Positions 9,060-19,000 of a stretch of DNA of 64,000 nucleotides are shown here, in pieces. A program made the position numbers and the translations under genes. Source of the stretch: Candidatus Latescibacterota bacterium (GTDB lineage Bacteria > Latescibacterota > UBA2968 > GCA-2709665); NCBI GenBank assembly GCA_965248435.1, contig OZ252100.1:2752001-2816000 (forward strand), given 5' to 3'. Within the stretch, counting starts at the first letter, position 1; every line of letters begins with the position of its first letter. The notes beneath the pieces are model-generated. The model was not told the origin of the DNA, did not search any database, and saw only the letters and a list, made by a program, of their open reading frames with translations.

Positions 9060-10904
9060 CTAGCGGAAGTCGCGAATAAACCTGGCCGCGTAGGACCGGA
9101 CCAGCCTCCCATTGAGCACGTGGAAGTGCCGAAGACGGTCCAGCGTCTGCAGGGAGAAGCGCCGGAGCGGAATCGTGACGAGTTGCTTCTTGTATCGGCG
9201 GGCGATCCGGCGCCAGGTCGCCGTGGGGGGATGAGGAGATACAAGGACGACGCGCTTGTCTCGGGAATGGCATAGCGCGCCTGAGAGGAGGCGTTCTTCC
9301 GGAGTCCGCGCGTGATCGAACCGGGGATCGCGCCAGACGTCCATAATAGGCCGCGGCGGATAGAGGAGGAAGCACCCCCCGTAGATCGCTTCCCCAATCC
9401 CGGGCCCCACGATGTTCTCGGCGAAATTCGTGGCAAAAAAACAGAGCGTGGACTCTGCATTGTGTTCGGCATACCACGTCGTCCGCCAGGGAAACTTCCC
9501 CGGATCCGCCGGACTTTCGAACAGGAAGACGACGACCTCTACGTTTCCGCGAGCCGGCGGCATTTCCTTGACGTAAATATCACCCGTATGCCAGTTCCGC
9601 AGCGTTTCTCGGATGTCCAGCCCATCCTTGAGCGATGTCGTAAACTTCTCGCTCCGTGCCAGGTCCTGGCCAATGATCTGGCGAGCCTGTTCCCTCACGT
9701 GCGCATTGAAGCTCTCGATTTTTTCGTCCTCAGGAGGATAAGAACATTGCTGATTGGGGTCCCACTGCATCCGCCATTGCGTCTTCTTCTCTGGAGGCGG
9801 CGTCGGTCTCAAAGGAAGCGTCCGCCAATCCGTGGCGACGCCCTTCAGCCGGTCCTTGACCACGGCCTCACCTGAAGGAAAGGCAGCAGTCCCGATTCCC
9901 AGATGTACCTCAGGGTAGATGGTGGGCACGCGCTGGGGAGGGTAGTCCCTGGCCGTCTCGATAACCGTCACGGCGAAGTCATCCCCGGCCACCTGCTTTG
10001 CCGCCAGAGCGAGTGTATAGAGGTCGGGCGTCAGCCTCCGATCCAGCAGGGTAAGATTCCGGATATACTGAAGCATGAGCGACAGCGCCTGAGGCGTCAG
10101 CCAATGCGTCTTGAGATCGTGCTTTATCAGCCACGCACTTCGGGCCTCCAGAAGCAGGGCCTTTACCCCATCCACGGCCAGCGTCCGCGCCGGCAACATC
10201 TCAGCGCGCCGATGTTCATACAGAGAGGTGATAAAAGGAAGCTCCCCGAGTACGAAGTAGAGATTTTCAGGAGTGGCGCGGTAGATCTCAGGAGGTAAAG
10301 GGGGAGGTGAAGGGTCAGGGAATTGAAGTCTCCTTCGGTACGCGTCCCGAATCCACGGCCAGTCCGCGATGTCGCACAGAAAGAGGATGCGGTCAAAATC
10401 CAATTCCAGCCGATGGAGCTGAAACGCCATCCAGCGAATACGCTCCATCTGCTGAGACCCATCTTCGGGCCTGGGCAGGCCAGTCAGCACGGCGGCCGCG
10501 AATTTCTCGAGCGGAACCTCCTTAATCGCATAGGGATCAGGATGAACCATGGCCTGTTCAACGAAGCACCCCACCTCCAGGTCGATATAGGATCGTGCGA
10601 TGCCCCTCTCGAGAGCACAACGGATGCCCGCGATAACCGGCTGACAGGGGTCGATGGGCACGCTCGTGTAAGACGTCGGATCGGACGTCATCCCACCCTC
10701 AGGCTGGGCAACGATGTGGACGCCGGGGAGCCGCCCGACGGCCTCATCCACACCCTCCTCGAACGCCGGCGGCAGCGGAACGGCAAGGCAGTCGTATGGA
10801 CCTGCTCGAACGCGTTCCTGAACCTCGAGCGCGAAATCACCGCTGCCGTGAAGCACGGGGAGCACGGCAATCGAACCGCTGAGATCGAAGACGGGGGACG
10901 CCAT
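9060..10904 (-). CDS. Conserved hypothetical protein, putative MoxR partner (DUF5682/YehM-like N-terminus)
   Basis: 614-aa ORF starting 4 bp after the AAA gene. N-terminal 'LPVLHGS...DCLAVPLP' and internal 'GLDIRETLR'. Confidence 0.7.
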   Translation of the reverse strand: MASPVFDLSGSIAVLPVLHGSGDFALEVQERVRAGPYDCLAVPLPPAFEEGVDEAVGRLPGVHIVAQPEGGMTSDPTSYTSVPIDPCQPVIAGIRCALERGIARSYIDLEVGCFVEQAMVHPDPYAIKEVPLEKFAAAVLTGLPRPEDGSQQMERIRWMAFQLHRLELDFDRILFLCDIADWPWIRDAYRRRLQFPDPSPPPLPPEIYRATPENLYFVLGELPFITSLYEHRRAEMLPARTLAVDGVKALLLEARSAWLIKHDLKTHWLTPQALSLMLQYIRNLTLLDRRLTPDLYTLALAAKQVAGDDFAVTVIETARDYPPQRVPTIYPEVHLGIGTAAFPSGEAVVKDRLKGVATDWRTLPLRPTPPPEKKTQWRMQWDPNQQCSYPPEDEKIESFNAHVREQARQIIGQDLARSEKFTTSLKDGLDIRETLRNWHTGDIYVKEMPPARGNVEVVVFLFESPADPGKFPWRTTWYAEHNAESTLCFFATNFAENIVGPGIGEAIYGGCFLLYPPRPIMDVWRDPRFDHARTPEERLLSGALCHSRDKRVVLVSPHPPTATWRRIARRYKKQLVTIPLRRFSLQTLDRLRHFHVLNGRLVRSYAARFIRDFR

Positions 10905-10908
10905 TCAG

Positions 10909-11868
10909 TTAGTTCCCCTCATCTGTGTCAGGATTGAGTGGATCATCCGTATCGAAGAAGAAGTCCCCAAGGCTGAGCCCGGGAAGGTCCTCACCGAGTG
11001 CCCTCTGGCGCGTTTCGGCCAGACGGTCCAGGTCCTGCGCATCCTCCCCGAGTACCTTCTCCAGTGCCTCTTTCCAGGCCACATCTCGACTGAGTGGATG
11101 ATCCGGGTCCTGGGACATCCGCTTCAGGGCGAACTGGAGGATGTGCATGCCATCCCGTGGAGAGAACTCGAGGTTGAGATCGTGCGCGCGCTGAAGGAAT
11201 TCTACCGTGAGATTCAGCATCTCTTCTTCGGCAAAGGGCAGATGGTATCGAAGAATGGCCATCTCGTCCTGCCGGCTCGGAAAACCGATCGGCAGCGTCG
11301 GCTGTAGACGGGAAAGAATGTAATCAGGAACTTCGTACGTCGATTCGTCGTCGTTCATCGTCACACAACATCTGAAATCAGGGTCTGCAGGAATCATAAT
11401 GCCGGCCACGATCGACTCGACGAATCGCCGCTGATCGAGCAGCGGAGCAAGCGACGCCCAGCTCTTCTCGTTCATCCGGTTCCCTTCATCCAGGAGACAG
11501 ACGCCGCCGGTGATCATAGCGGTCACCAGAGGTGAGGCGTGATACGCGATCTTTCCGGACTCAGCGAGCACAGGTGTGATCAGAAGATCCTCCGGCCTCG
11601 TGTCACTCGTGCACTGATAGATATGCAGCGGCTGTTTCCTTACCTTCGCCGCGGCAACGGCGAGCGTAGTCTTTCCGATGCCCGGAGGGCCGACCAGCCG
11701 AGGTGAGAGCGGGAGATCGGTCTCGTGGACCGAGAGCCAGCACGCCAGCAGCTGTGTAAGGACGTCAGTCTGTCCGATCCACTCCTGATCGACTTCGACG
11801 GAATGGCTGAGGTGAAGGGCCACATTATCGATCAGAACGGTCTTCGACTGTGCCGATGTCTTAGCCAT
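10909..11868 (-). CDS. MoxR/AAA_5 family ATPase
   Basis: Walker A GPPGIGKT, Walker B LLDEGNR, sensor TMN and LSRL. Confidence 0.9.
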   Translation of the reverse strand: MAKTSAQSKTVLIDNVALHLSHSVEVDQEWIGQTDVLTQLLACWLSVHETDLPLSPRLVGPPGIGKTTLAVAAAKVRKQPLHIYQCTSDTRPEDLLITPVLAESGKIAYHASPLVTAMITGGVCLLDEGNRMNEKSWASLAPLLDQRRFVESIVAGIMIPADPDFRCCVTMNDDESTYEVPDYILSRLQPTLPIGFPSRQDEMAILRYHLPFAEEEMLNLTVEFLQRAHDLNLEFSPRDGMHILQFALKRMSQDPDHPLSRDVAWKEALEKVLGEDAQDLDRLAETRQRALGEDLPGLSLGDFFFDTDDPLNPDTDEGN

Positions 11869-12259
11869 GGATACCGATTCCCTTTGTTGAACTGCCTAAT
11901 GGTTCCAGCCGGAGCGAAAAATATAACACCTCTCAAGTGGCGTGTCCAGACACCGTTGGGTGAGAATGCGCTCAGGCGATCCCCCGGGGCAAATGTCGGG
12001 GCGCATCCTGGTTTCTTTCAGCCAGGACATTGGACGTTTTCCCGCAGGCTTAACGTTTCATCTTAGATCCGGCTTCTCCACGGAGGCATGGGATCGTCAT
12101 TTCTCCAATTTAATCCCTGTAGCTCCAAGTACTTACACGGAAATACGAGTCGCACCTGCCCAACCTGAAATCATGGCATACAACGTGCATGGGTTAGACG
12201 TCAGGCGCCAAGAGCGTCAGTCGAAGCAGGACTTTGTAAGCCGGTTGGAGGTGATGCCT

Positions 12260-12448
12260 ATGTCTGAGTTCGATTTTGAGCCGGGAGACTGCGTGATCTA
12301 CAGGGACCAGGATCAGATCGAGTGGGGACCCTGGGTGGTCATTGAGGCGAATGGTGATTCGGTTACGCTGGACGTGGAAAAGGCTTTTCGCTACTCTGTG
12401 AAGGCCAGCATTCTCCATAAACTGGCTGAGGTCACCTGCGAAAACTAG
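12260..12448 (+). CDS. Small hypothetical protein (62 aa)
   Basis: GGAGG at 12247 precedes ATG 12260. MSEFDFEPGDCVIYRD...WVVIEANGDSVTL has an SH3/KOW-like pattern. The upstream extension in the ORF track looks non-coding. Confidence 0.5.
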   Translation: MSEFDFEPGDCVIYRDQDQIEWGPWVVIEANGDSVTLDVEKAFRYSVKASILHKLAEVTCEN

Positions 12449-12618
12449 CGGTCTGAGGCTCCGAAGACTCGCCGCCCGTGTCAAAAATGACACGGGCGAT
12501 TTTTTTTGTTTTTGTTATCCTCTCGCGATCCCGCATATTCACGCGCTCTCGCACCTTGCCCCCCACTTTCGTCTTCTCTGGATGCCTCTTCGTGTAATTA
12601 TCTGTTCCTGCGAGATAC

Positions 12619-13788
12619 GTGATGCGAGATTCGAGACTGTCTGAAGGACCGAACCGCGCAGTCATCCTGGTCGCCATAGCGACAGCCTTCTCTCTGTTGG
12701 GTGATCAGACGCTCTACGCGGTTTTGCCCACCTACTTCACGCAGCTCGGTCTGGTTCCCTACCAGGTCGGACTGATCCTTTCCCTGAATCGCTGGATTCG
12801 GCTTCTGACAAATCAACTGGCCGAGCGGCTGTGTCGTGTCTACAACCCCGCGAGTTTGCTTGGCGCAGCGCTTGCCCTCGGTGCGGCCATCACGCTGCTC
12901 TATGGTCAGTTGATCACCTTTCCGGTATTGCTGTTCTGCAGGTTGTCGTGGGGGCTCTGCTGGTCTTTCATTCGACAGGTCGGCATTCTGACCGTGATAG
13001 ACACCACCCCGGATGCGAGGATGGGGCGAATGATGGGCTACTACAATGGAATATCAAGACTGGGATCGCTGGCTGGAAACTTTGTCGGCGCGCTGCTCCA
13101 CGACCTTGTCGGCTACAGCCGCACAATGACCCTCTTCGGAATCATCTCCCTGGCCGCCGCTCCCATCGGAGCGCTCTCCAGGTCGAAGCTCCCGCGCGGG
13201 GCCACGGCATATCCGGAACGTGATCTCAGCAGTCGACGAGATCCGACGCTCTGGCTGTTCGGTTTCGTAGTGGGCTGTGTAGGGAGCGGGCTCCTCACAT
13301 CCACGCTGGGTTGGGTGCTGAAGGAGAAAGTGGGCAGCGGCGTACTCATCGTCGGGGTCCTGGTCGGCGTGGCCACGCTTAATGGCGCCCTTCTTGCGTT
13401 CAGGTGGCTCGCGGACGGCCTGTCAGCACCCTTTCTAGGAGCCCTCAGCGATCGAATCGGTAGAAAAGTGGCAGCCGTGATCTTTTTCGGCGTGGGCGCC
13501 CTTGCACTTTCTCAGGCAGGGCTGCTCTCGGGGACGAGCATCCTGATTGTCTCGGTGTTGCTCTTCTTCGTCTGTGGGGTAGGGGCGACGGTCGTGATGT
13601 TCTCCGAAGCAGGAATGCGAGGTCCCAAGGCTGTAGCGGCGTTTGTCACCGCCTACGACCTCGGGGCTGCGGTGGGTCCCCCGATCGGGTGGATGACTCA
13701 GCAGATCTACCTCCCGACGGAAATCATCCTGTTGATTGGGGCGGCACTGTATGGGCTTGGGGCGCTCGTGGCGCTGCGCTTCCTGTAA
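12619..13788 (+). CDS. MFS transporter
   Basis: About 12 hydrophobic segments and motif A 'GALSDRIGRK'. Confidence 0.9.
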   Translation: MMRDSRLSEGPNRAVILVAIATAFSLLGDQTLYAVLPTYFTQLGLVPYQVGLILSLNRWIRLLTNQLAERLCRVYNPASLLGAALALGAAITLLYGQLITFPVLLFCRLSWGLCWSFIRQVGILTVIDTTPDARMGRMMGYYNGISRLGSLAGNFVGALLHDLVGYSRTMTLFGIISLAAAPIGALSRSKLPRGATAYPERDLSSRRDPTLWLFGFVVGCVGSGLLTSTLGWVLKEKVGSGVLIVGVLVGVATLNGALLAFRWLADGLSAPFLGALSDRIGRKVAAVIFFGVGALALSQAGLLSGTSILIVSVLLFFVCGVGATVVMFSEAGMRGPKAVAAFVTAYDLGAAVGPPIGWMTQQIYLPTEIILLIGAALYGLGALVALRFL

Positions 13789-13814
13789 TCTGGACCTTTG
13801 AGCCGGCCATCACG

Positions 13815-13995
13815 GTAGGACCGGTCTCCAGACCGGGAACTGCCCTAACCTCCTGAATGAAGCAAGACCATAGAGCCGGTGATGTTGCTCAAGGGGGGTT
13901 TGAGCACCTTTAAGCAAGGGCTTTATTACCTTGCTAACAGCCCTTTCCCCGACTGGACGTGCCCCGGCGTGCCTCAAGCCGGGGTCCGGTCCTAC
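13815..13995. repeat. GTAG-type REP doublet (inverted pair)
   Basis: GTAGGACCGG(tctccagaccgg) at 13815 and its reverse complement CCGGTCCTAC ending at 13995, between convergent genes. Confidence 0.6.
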
Positions 13996-14064
13996 CGCTT
14001 AGGGTGCCTAATTGCTTCGACCCTTCACTTGGCAAAGGGGGGTTAGAGGAGTTGGGTTCGAACA

Positions 14065-15027
14065 TCATGACGGAAGATACCGCTTCGGAATCTCCGCCCC
14101 GGCCGTGAACCCGAGATAGCCCAGCTTGACGCACTGGTAGACGTGGACTCGAAAATCGGGGTTCAGGGTCGTATGCAGATAGGCCTCTCGCGCGTCAACG
14201 CCCAGTTCGACCATCCAATCCATCAGCGATGTGACCGCGTTGATCACCGCGTCCTCCAGCGGCCGACACGAGTGCAGGGTGATCAGGCTCTCTTCCTTCT
14301 CCAGGCGGATCCACGGCACGCGCCTTCCCTTGATCACATCGCACGAGAACTGGACGGTCGCGCAGGACTCATCTGCCGTTCCGGTGAACTCGGTATCACC
14401 CTGTGACGCGTGAACGTCACCCGCCCAGAACAGTCCTCCCTCGTGAAACGCTGGAAGATGGACCTTCGTCCCCTCCTTCATGTCGCGCACGTCGAGGTTT
14501 CCCCCCCACCGACCCTGACCCATGCCGCTGCTGAACACCTCCCATTCCGGACACACCCCAATCGTACCGATAAACGGGGCCAGCTTCCACTGAACTCGCT
14601 CGTTAAGGACACCCGTCCCGTCACGCGTCGTGCCGCTCGGCCCCGGAAGATGCTTGATAATGTGTACGTATCCCGCGTCATTCACTGCGTGCCACTTCTT
14701 GGAGTCGCCCAGCGGACCACTGCCGGGTCGGAGCCAGGTCGCCCCCTGCTCCGCCACTTCCACCCGTTCGATCGTCACGACCAGCGTATCACCAGGCTCG
14801 ACGCCATCGATGTAAACAGGTCCACTGATCGGATTGGCTTTAGGTGGGTTGAACTTTCGAGTCGAGAAACCATCCAGCCTCTCCGCATCTGCCTCTGATT
14901 TCACCTTGCCTGAAGATGCATCCCACGTCTCCAGCGCGAACGACTCACCGAGGGCCACACGTAGTTTGGGCGACACCCGGTGGTCGAAAAGATATTCCAG
15001 CGACTGATCACGAGGAATGGTCTGCAT
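14065..15027 (-). CDS. Acetamidase/formamidase family protein
   Basis: Motifs NPISGPVYIDGVEPGDTL, PFIGTIGV, GGNLD and GDVHASQGD. Confidence 0.92.
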   Translation of the reverse strand: MQTIPRDQSLEYLFDHRVSPKLRVALGESFALETWDASSGKVKSEADAERLDGFSTRKFNPPKANPISGPVYIDGVEPGDTLVVTIERVEVAEQGATWLRPGSGPLGDSKKWHAVNDAGYVHIIKHLPGPSGTTRDGTGVLNERVQWKLAPFIGTIGVCPEWEVFSSGMGQGRWGGNLDVRDMKEGTKVHLPAFHEGGLFWAGDVHASQGDTEFTGTADESCATVQFSCDVIKGRRVPWIRLEKEESLITLHSCRPLEDAVINAVTSLMDWMVELGVDAREAYLHTTLNPDFRVHVYQCVKLGYLGFTAGAEIPKRYLPS

Positions 15028-15049
15028 TGTAATCTCCTCTCTCCGAGCC

Positions 15050-15472
15050 CTAGACCATCCACGGATCCAGAAGCGATACCCCGGTCGCCCGCATATGATC
15101 TGTATCTCGCGTGACCAGTGTCATGCCTTTGGTGTAGGCTGTGGCGGCAATGAGACCGTCCAGAACTGGAATGCGCGTTCCCTTCAGTTCGGCCTCGCCT
15201 GAGACGATTCCCCACCGAGCCGCGGTCTCGGTGTCGACCTCGAGCACTCGCCCAGCGAACCGCTCCGCAAGATCCTGCTCAAGCCAGGTCTGAAGGCGGC
15301 GCTTCTTCGGCCCTGCGTGGAGTCGTGCAATCCCCTTGAGGATTTCACCGATGGTAACAACGCTCAAGTAGAGTGCGGACTCGTCCTGTTCTTCGAGCCA
15401 GCCAACAACAACCTCGGCCGGTCTTCGCCGCGTCACCTCCGACAGCACGCAGATATCCAGCAGGTAGTTCAA
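15050..15472 (-). CDS. vapC: Type II TA toxin, VapC/PIN domain
   Basis: PIN motifs YLLD..VLSE, LSVVTIGEI, DGLIAATA and LVTRD. Confidence 0.93.
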   Translation of the reverse strand: MNYLLDICVLSEVTRRRPAEVVVGWLEEQDESALYLSVVTIGEILKGIARLHAGPKKRRLQTWLEQDLAERFAGRVLEVDTETAARWGIVSGEAELKGTRIPVLDGLIAATAYTKGMTLVTRDTDHMRATGVSLLDPWMV

Positions 15473-15714
15473 AGTTCGATATCTCGACCCGTGTCGTCGT
15501 CCCTGTCGAGGTTGACTTCTGACAAAGGAGAATGCCTGAGAAAGGAAACAAGCGTGCCCTTCTTTCGGGTCAGCGACTTGAAGTCATCGATGGAGATCAG
15601 AACCGCTGTCTCCACCCCCCGCTTCGTGATGAGCTGCGGGCCATCATTCAGCGCACGCTGGATCACCTCGCTCAGTCTGTTCTTCGCATCCTGTAGCGGC
15701 CACTTAGCTTTCAC
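15469..15714 (-). CDS. Type II TA antitoxin, Phd/YefM family
   Basis: WPLQDAKNRLSEVI...GPQLITKRG, with a 4-bp overlap with the toxin. Confidence 0.92.
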   Translation of the reverse strand: MKAKWPLQDAKNRLSEVIQRALNDGPQLITKRGVETAVLISIDDFKSLTRKKGTLVSFLRHSPLSEVNLDRDDDTGRDIEL

Positions 15715-15730
15715 GGGATCTCCTCTTTTA

Positions 15731-15749
15731 AATCTAGACAGTCTAGATT
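15731..15749. promoter_or_regulatory. Probable TA autorepression operator
   Basis: Perfect dyad AATCTAGAC-A-GTCTAGATT just upstream of the antitoxin RBS. Confidence 0.7.
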
Positions 15750-16089
15750 AATTATATAGGGAAATCAATTACCCGTCAAGGATCAAAAACGTTTCCAGGA
15801 GATGTCTCTGCGGTGATCCTTTACAACTCATTGTGAATTATTGATGTTATATAATTATGAACGCCGTACCCTGGTACCGATTGCCCTTGAGAACCAATAT
15901 TCCACGCGCGTGGAAAATCTCCCCGAAGTAGCCTCCGGTGACGCCTATCTTTCCGCAATCCACAGTTTTTAAGGTACCCGGTTCCCGTGTTTTGGTGTCC
16001 CAGTACCCTGTTTTCCCTCTGCGACCTCTGCGCCTCCGCGGTTAGATTTGCCTTTCATTCCGCAATCCAAAATCCGCAATCCGCAATTC

Positions 16090-19000
16090 TTACGGTACCC
16101 AGTACCCGATCCCCGGTACCCGGGTTTCTGCAGCCCGCTTTGTCGAGGCGATGGGCTGCCCGTTCAGCGTCGTCGCCAACCGGTTGAAGGCCAGTGAAAA
16201 CGGGAGAAAGTCGAAGAATCCAACCGTTCCATCCCGGTCGATGTCGGCCAGTCCGTTATAGTTGGGATCTCCCAGGCTGGAGTCGAAGGCAAGGGCGAAG
16301 ATCACGAAGTCGTTGAAATCCTGCCTGAAATCTCCCAGCGCAAGGAGGTAGACCGGATCCCCGTTCGCGTCGGCATACTCTCGAATCAGCGGCGCAGCGG
16401 TGCCCTCGGTCACGTTGTCCAGATCGAACGCATCGATCCGGTAAAGAAACGGACCGGAGACCGTGTCTGTAAATGCACGTGATCCAGCCGGAAGGGTAGC
16501 GACCTTTTCAAGGCCGTTCGCATCCTCACCTCGCCAGATCTCATACCCTTCCACACCAGGGATCGGGAAGGCGAATCCCCGGTAGGGAACGAAGCCTACC
16601 ACCCGATCGTCTTCCGAAGGTGTCCAGTTCAGCGTGGTCCCGTCATTCGTGACTGTGCCGTTCATGGAAGCGACTGGAACCTGCGCGGGTGGCAGGTTGT
16701 CCACGGCCCGCGCCGGTTCAGAGATGGTTTGTTCGGTCGTCCGGATCCGGCCCGTCTGGGCTCGAATGAACCCGGGAAGGCGAACGGTTGCCCTGGGGCG
16801 ACTTAGATCGATGTCTAGCCGCGCGAAAAAGTGGTCTCGTCTCTCTCCCACGATCGACTGGACGTATTTCTCTGGTGGATCGACAAGTTTCCTCAGCTCG
16901 GCCTCCGATATCAGCCCGTTCGAATCAAGGCCTAGTGCTGCGGCCATCTGCCGGACGCTCTCCTTCGTGAATACGCGTTTAGCAAGTACGCGAGGTTCAG
17001 ACGACTTGCGCCCATATTCTCCCGTAATCGCCCAACGGCTCTCCTTGTTGTCCAGTGCCGGCACAACCGCATAGACCGGACCTTCCTCGCCATCCTTTTG
17101 AGGAACGGGGTCGATCACCGCCCAGGGCACAAAGCGCGTGACCGGCTCTTCAAGGGTGACCAGTTCGCCCGCATCGTCCAGGTCAGTCGTAACCTGGATC
17201 TCTCGGTAGACACGGTACTGCGAAAGCCTCGCGTGATCCTCAGATCTCGGGAAGACAAACAGCACGAGCCGGCCCTGGTCTCCCTCGCCCTTTGGTCCCA
17301 GGTAGTCCTGCACGATCAGCGTATCCAACCCAGCAAGGAGCTCCGGGCCGACCGGCGCTGTCCCGTGCGGCACGAACGTCAAAGAGGCCGTGCTTCCCAC
17401 CGCCTTCAACTGGCTCTTCGTGATCCCCGATGTGTCCGTCGGTGCGTTCACCGAACGAGCCGTGATGACAAGCCCTTCACCTTCCCTGTCTGGGGCAACG
17501 GCTGTGAACCGATTCTCGCCCGGCTTGATCTCCTGGGGGCCCGAAGGAATTTTCACATCGCCTATGTTCGCCGCGAACTCCGCCCAGATGCTCTCCATCA
17601 CGTTCCCGCCAGGAACCCGGCTCTCCAACAGATTCGTCGAAGCTGTCAATGAGTCTGACGAATGGAGATCCACCGCCCGATCGAACACCTTCGTGCTCGG
17701 GTTGCCATAGGCGTCCGAGGGTGTGAGATCGATCTCGAACACGCCCGACACCCCGGCGGTCTCTACACCGTCTTCGAACACCTTCAAGCTGTACGTCGTG
17801 AACTCCGCCGCATCCACAGTCAGCGACGAAAGACCACCGGTGATCTTCTCACCCCCGGACGAGTCCTCCACTTCCACGGCGAACTCGTCCAGCCGCTTCG
17901 CAGACCTAACACTCACCACCCGGCTCCCGATCGCCCAGCCTCCACCGTTCAGTGTGCCTGCTCCGTCCCCGTTATCCGTCACCCCACTCCCGCTGAAGCG
18001 AACACTTGAGGTATCCTGCTCGCCCGCATCGACTCGGAGAACCCCCCCTGATTCCTCGTAGGTCACGACCGTCAGCAGCTCACCCACGGTCTTCGTGTCC
18101 ACCGCCGTGATTTTCAGGGGCAATCCGACCCCGGCGATCACTGAATCCACGCCGATGCTGGCACTGTCCAGCGTCACCACGAACGCGTCAGCCGCCGGGT
18201 TCTCGAACGACCGGCTGAACGCGAGCGTGTCCTTCTCAGTGATGAAGATGTTCCCCGCGAGGTCCCTCAGGAAAACCTGAAAGACATACTCCTGCCCGTC
18301 CATCAGAGAATCACCCACGGTCACCTCGACGTCACCCTCTCCTGACGTCACGCCGGTCAGCGACTCCGTAATCACCTGCGGCGGCGAGGCATCCACCTGG
18401 ATGAACCGAACCGATAGTGAATCGACATCCTCTGTCAGCGCAAGTATCGGGTGGCGTGTCTCCTCGTTGATCGTCCGCTCGTCCCCACCGGGAAGCTCAC
18501 CCGACTTTGGGAAGAGCCGCTCCGGCTCAGGCTTCACTGCGTCCTGAATCACATTCTCCAGTGTGAGCGTCGTGCGATTCCCCACGCTGTCTTCTGCCAC
18601 GATCGTCACGTCCAGTGTCTTTCCGCCCTGCTCGGTATTCGCGCCCAGGCTGTCCGTCGCCGTCTTCGTTGCAAAGCTGAACGTCCCGCTCACCTGACCC
18701 CCGAAATCGACCGTGTCAGTCCCGCTCGTGGCGAACAGTGCGCTCGTCGCCTCATCCACCGCCAGCTTCAGAGGGTTCAGCGAGAAGGTCGTATCATCTC
18801 TGAAGACACCGTCGTCATTCACGATATCCAGCACTGCCGTATCCTGCCCGGTAAACCGCACCAACCCGCTGTCAGGGTTAGGATTTTCGGCTGTAATAAC
18901 AGGAAAAACGGCGTCGGCCGCGAAAACGACGTCACTGACGATACCTTCCGGGTTAGCGGAGCCGGCCAGACTCGCACCCAGGTTACCTACATCGTCGACG

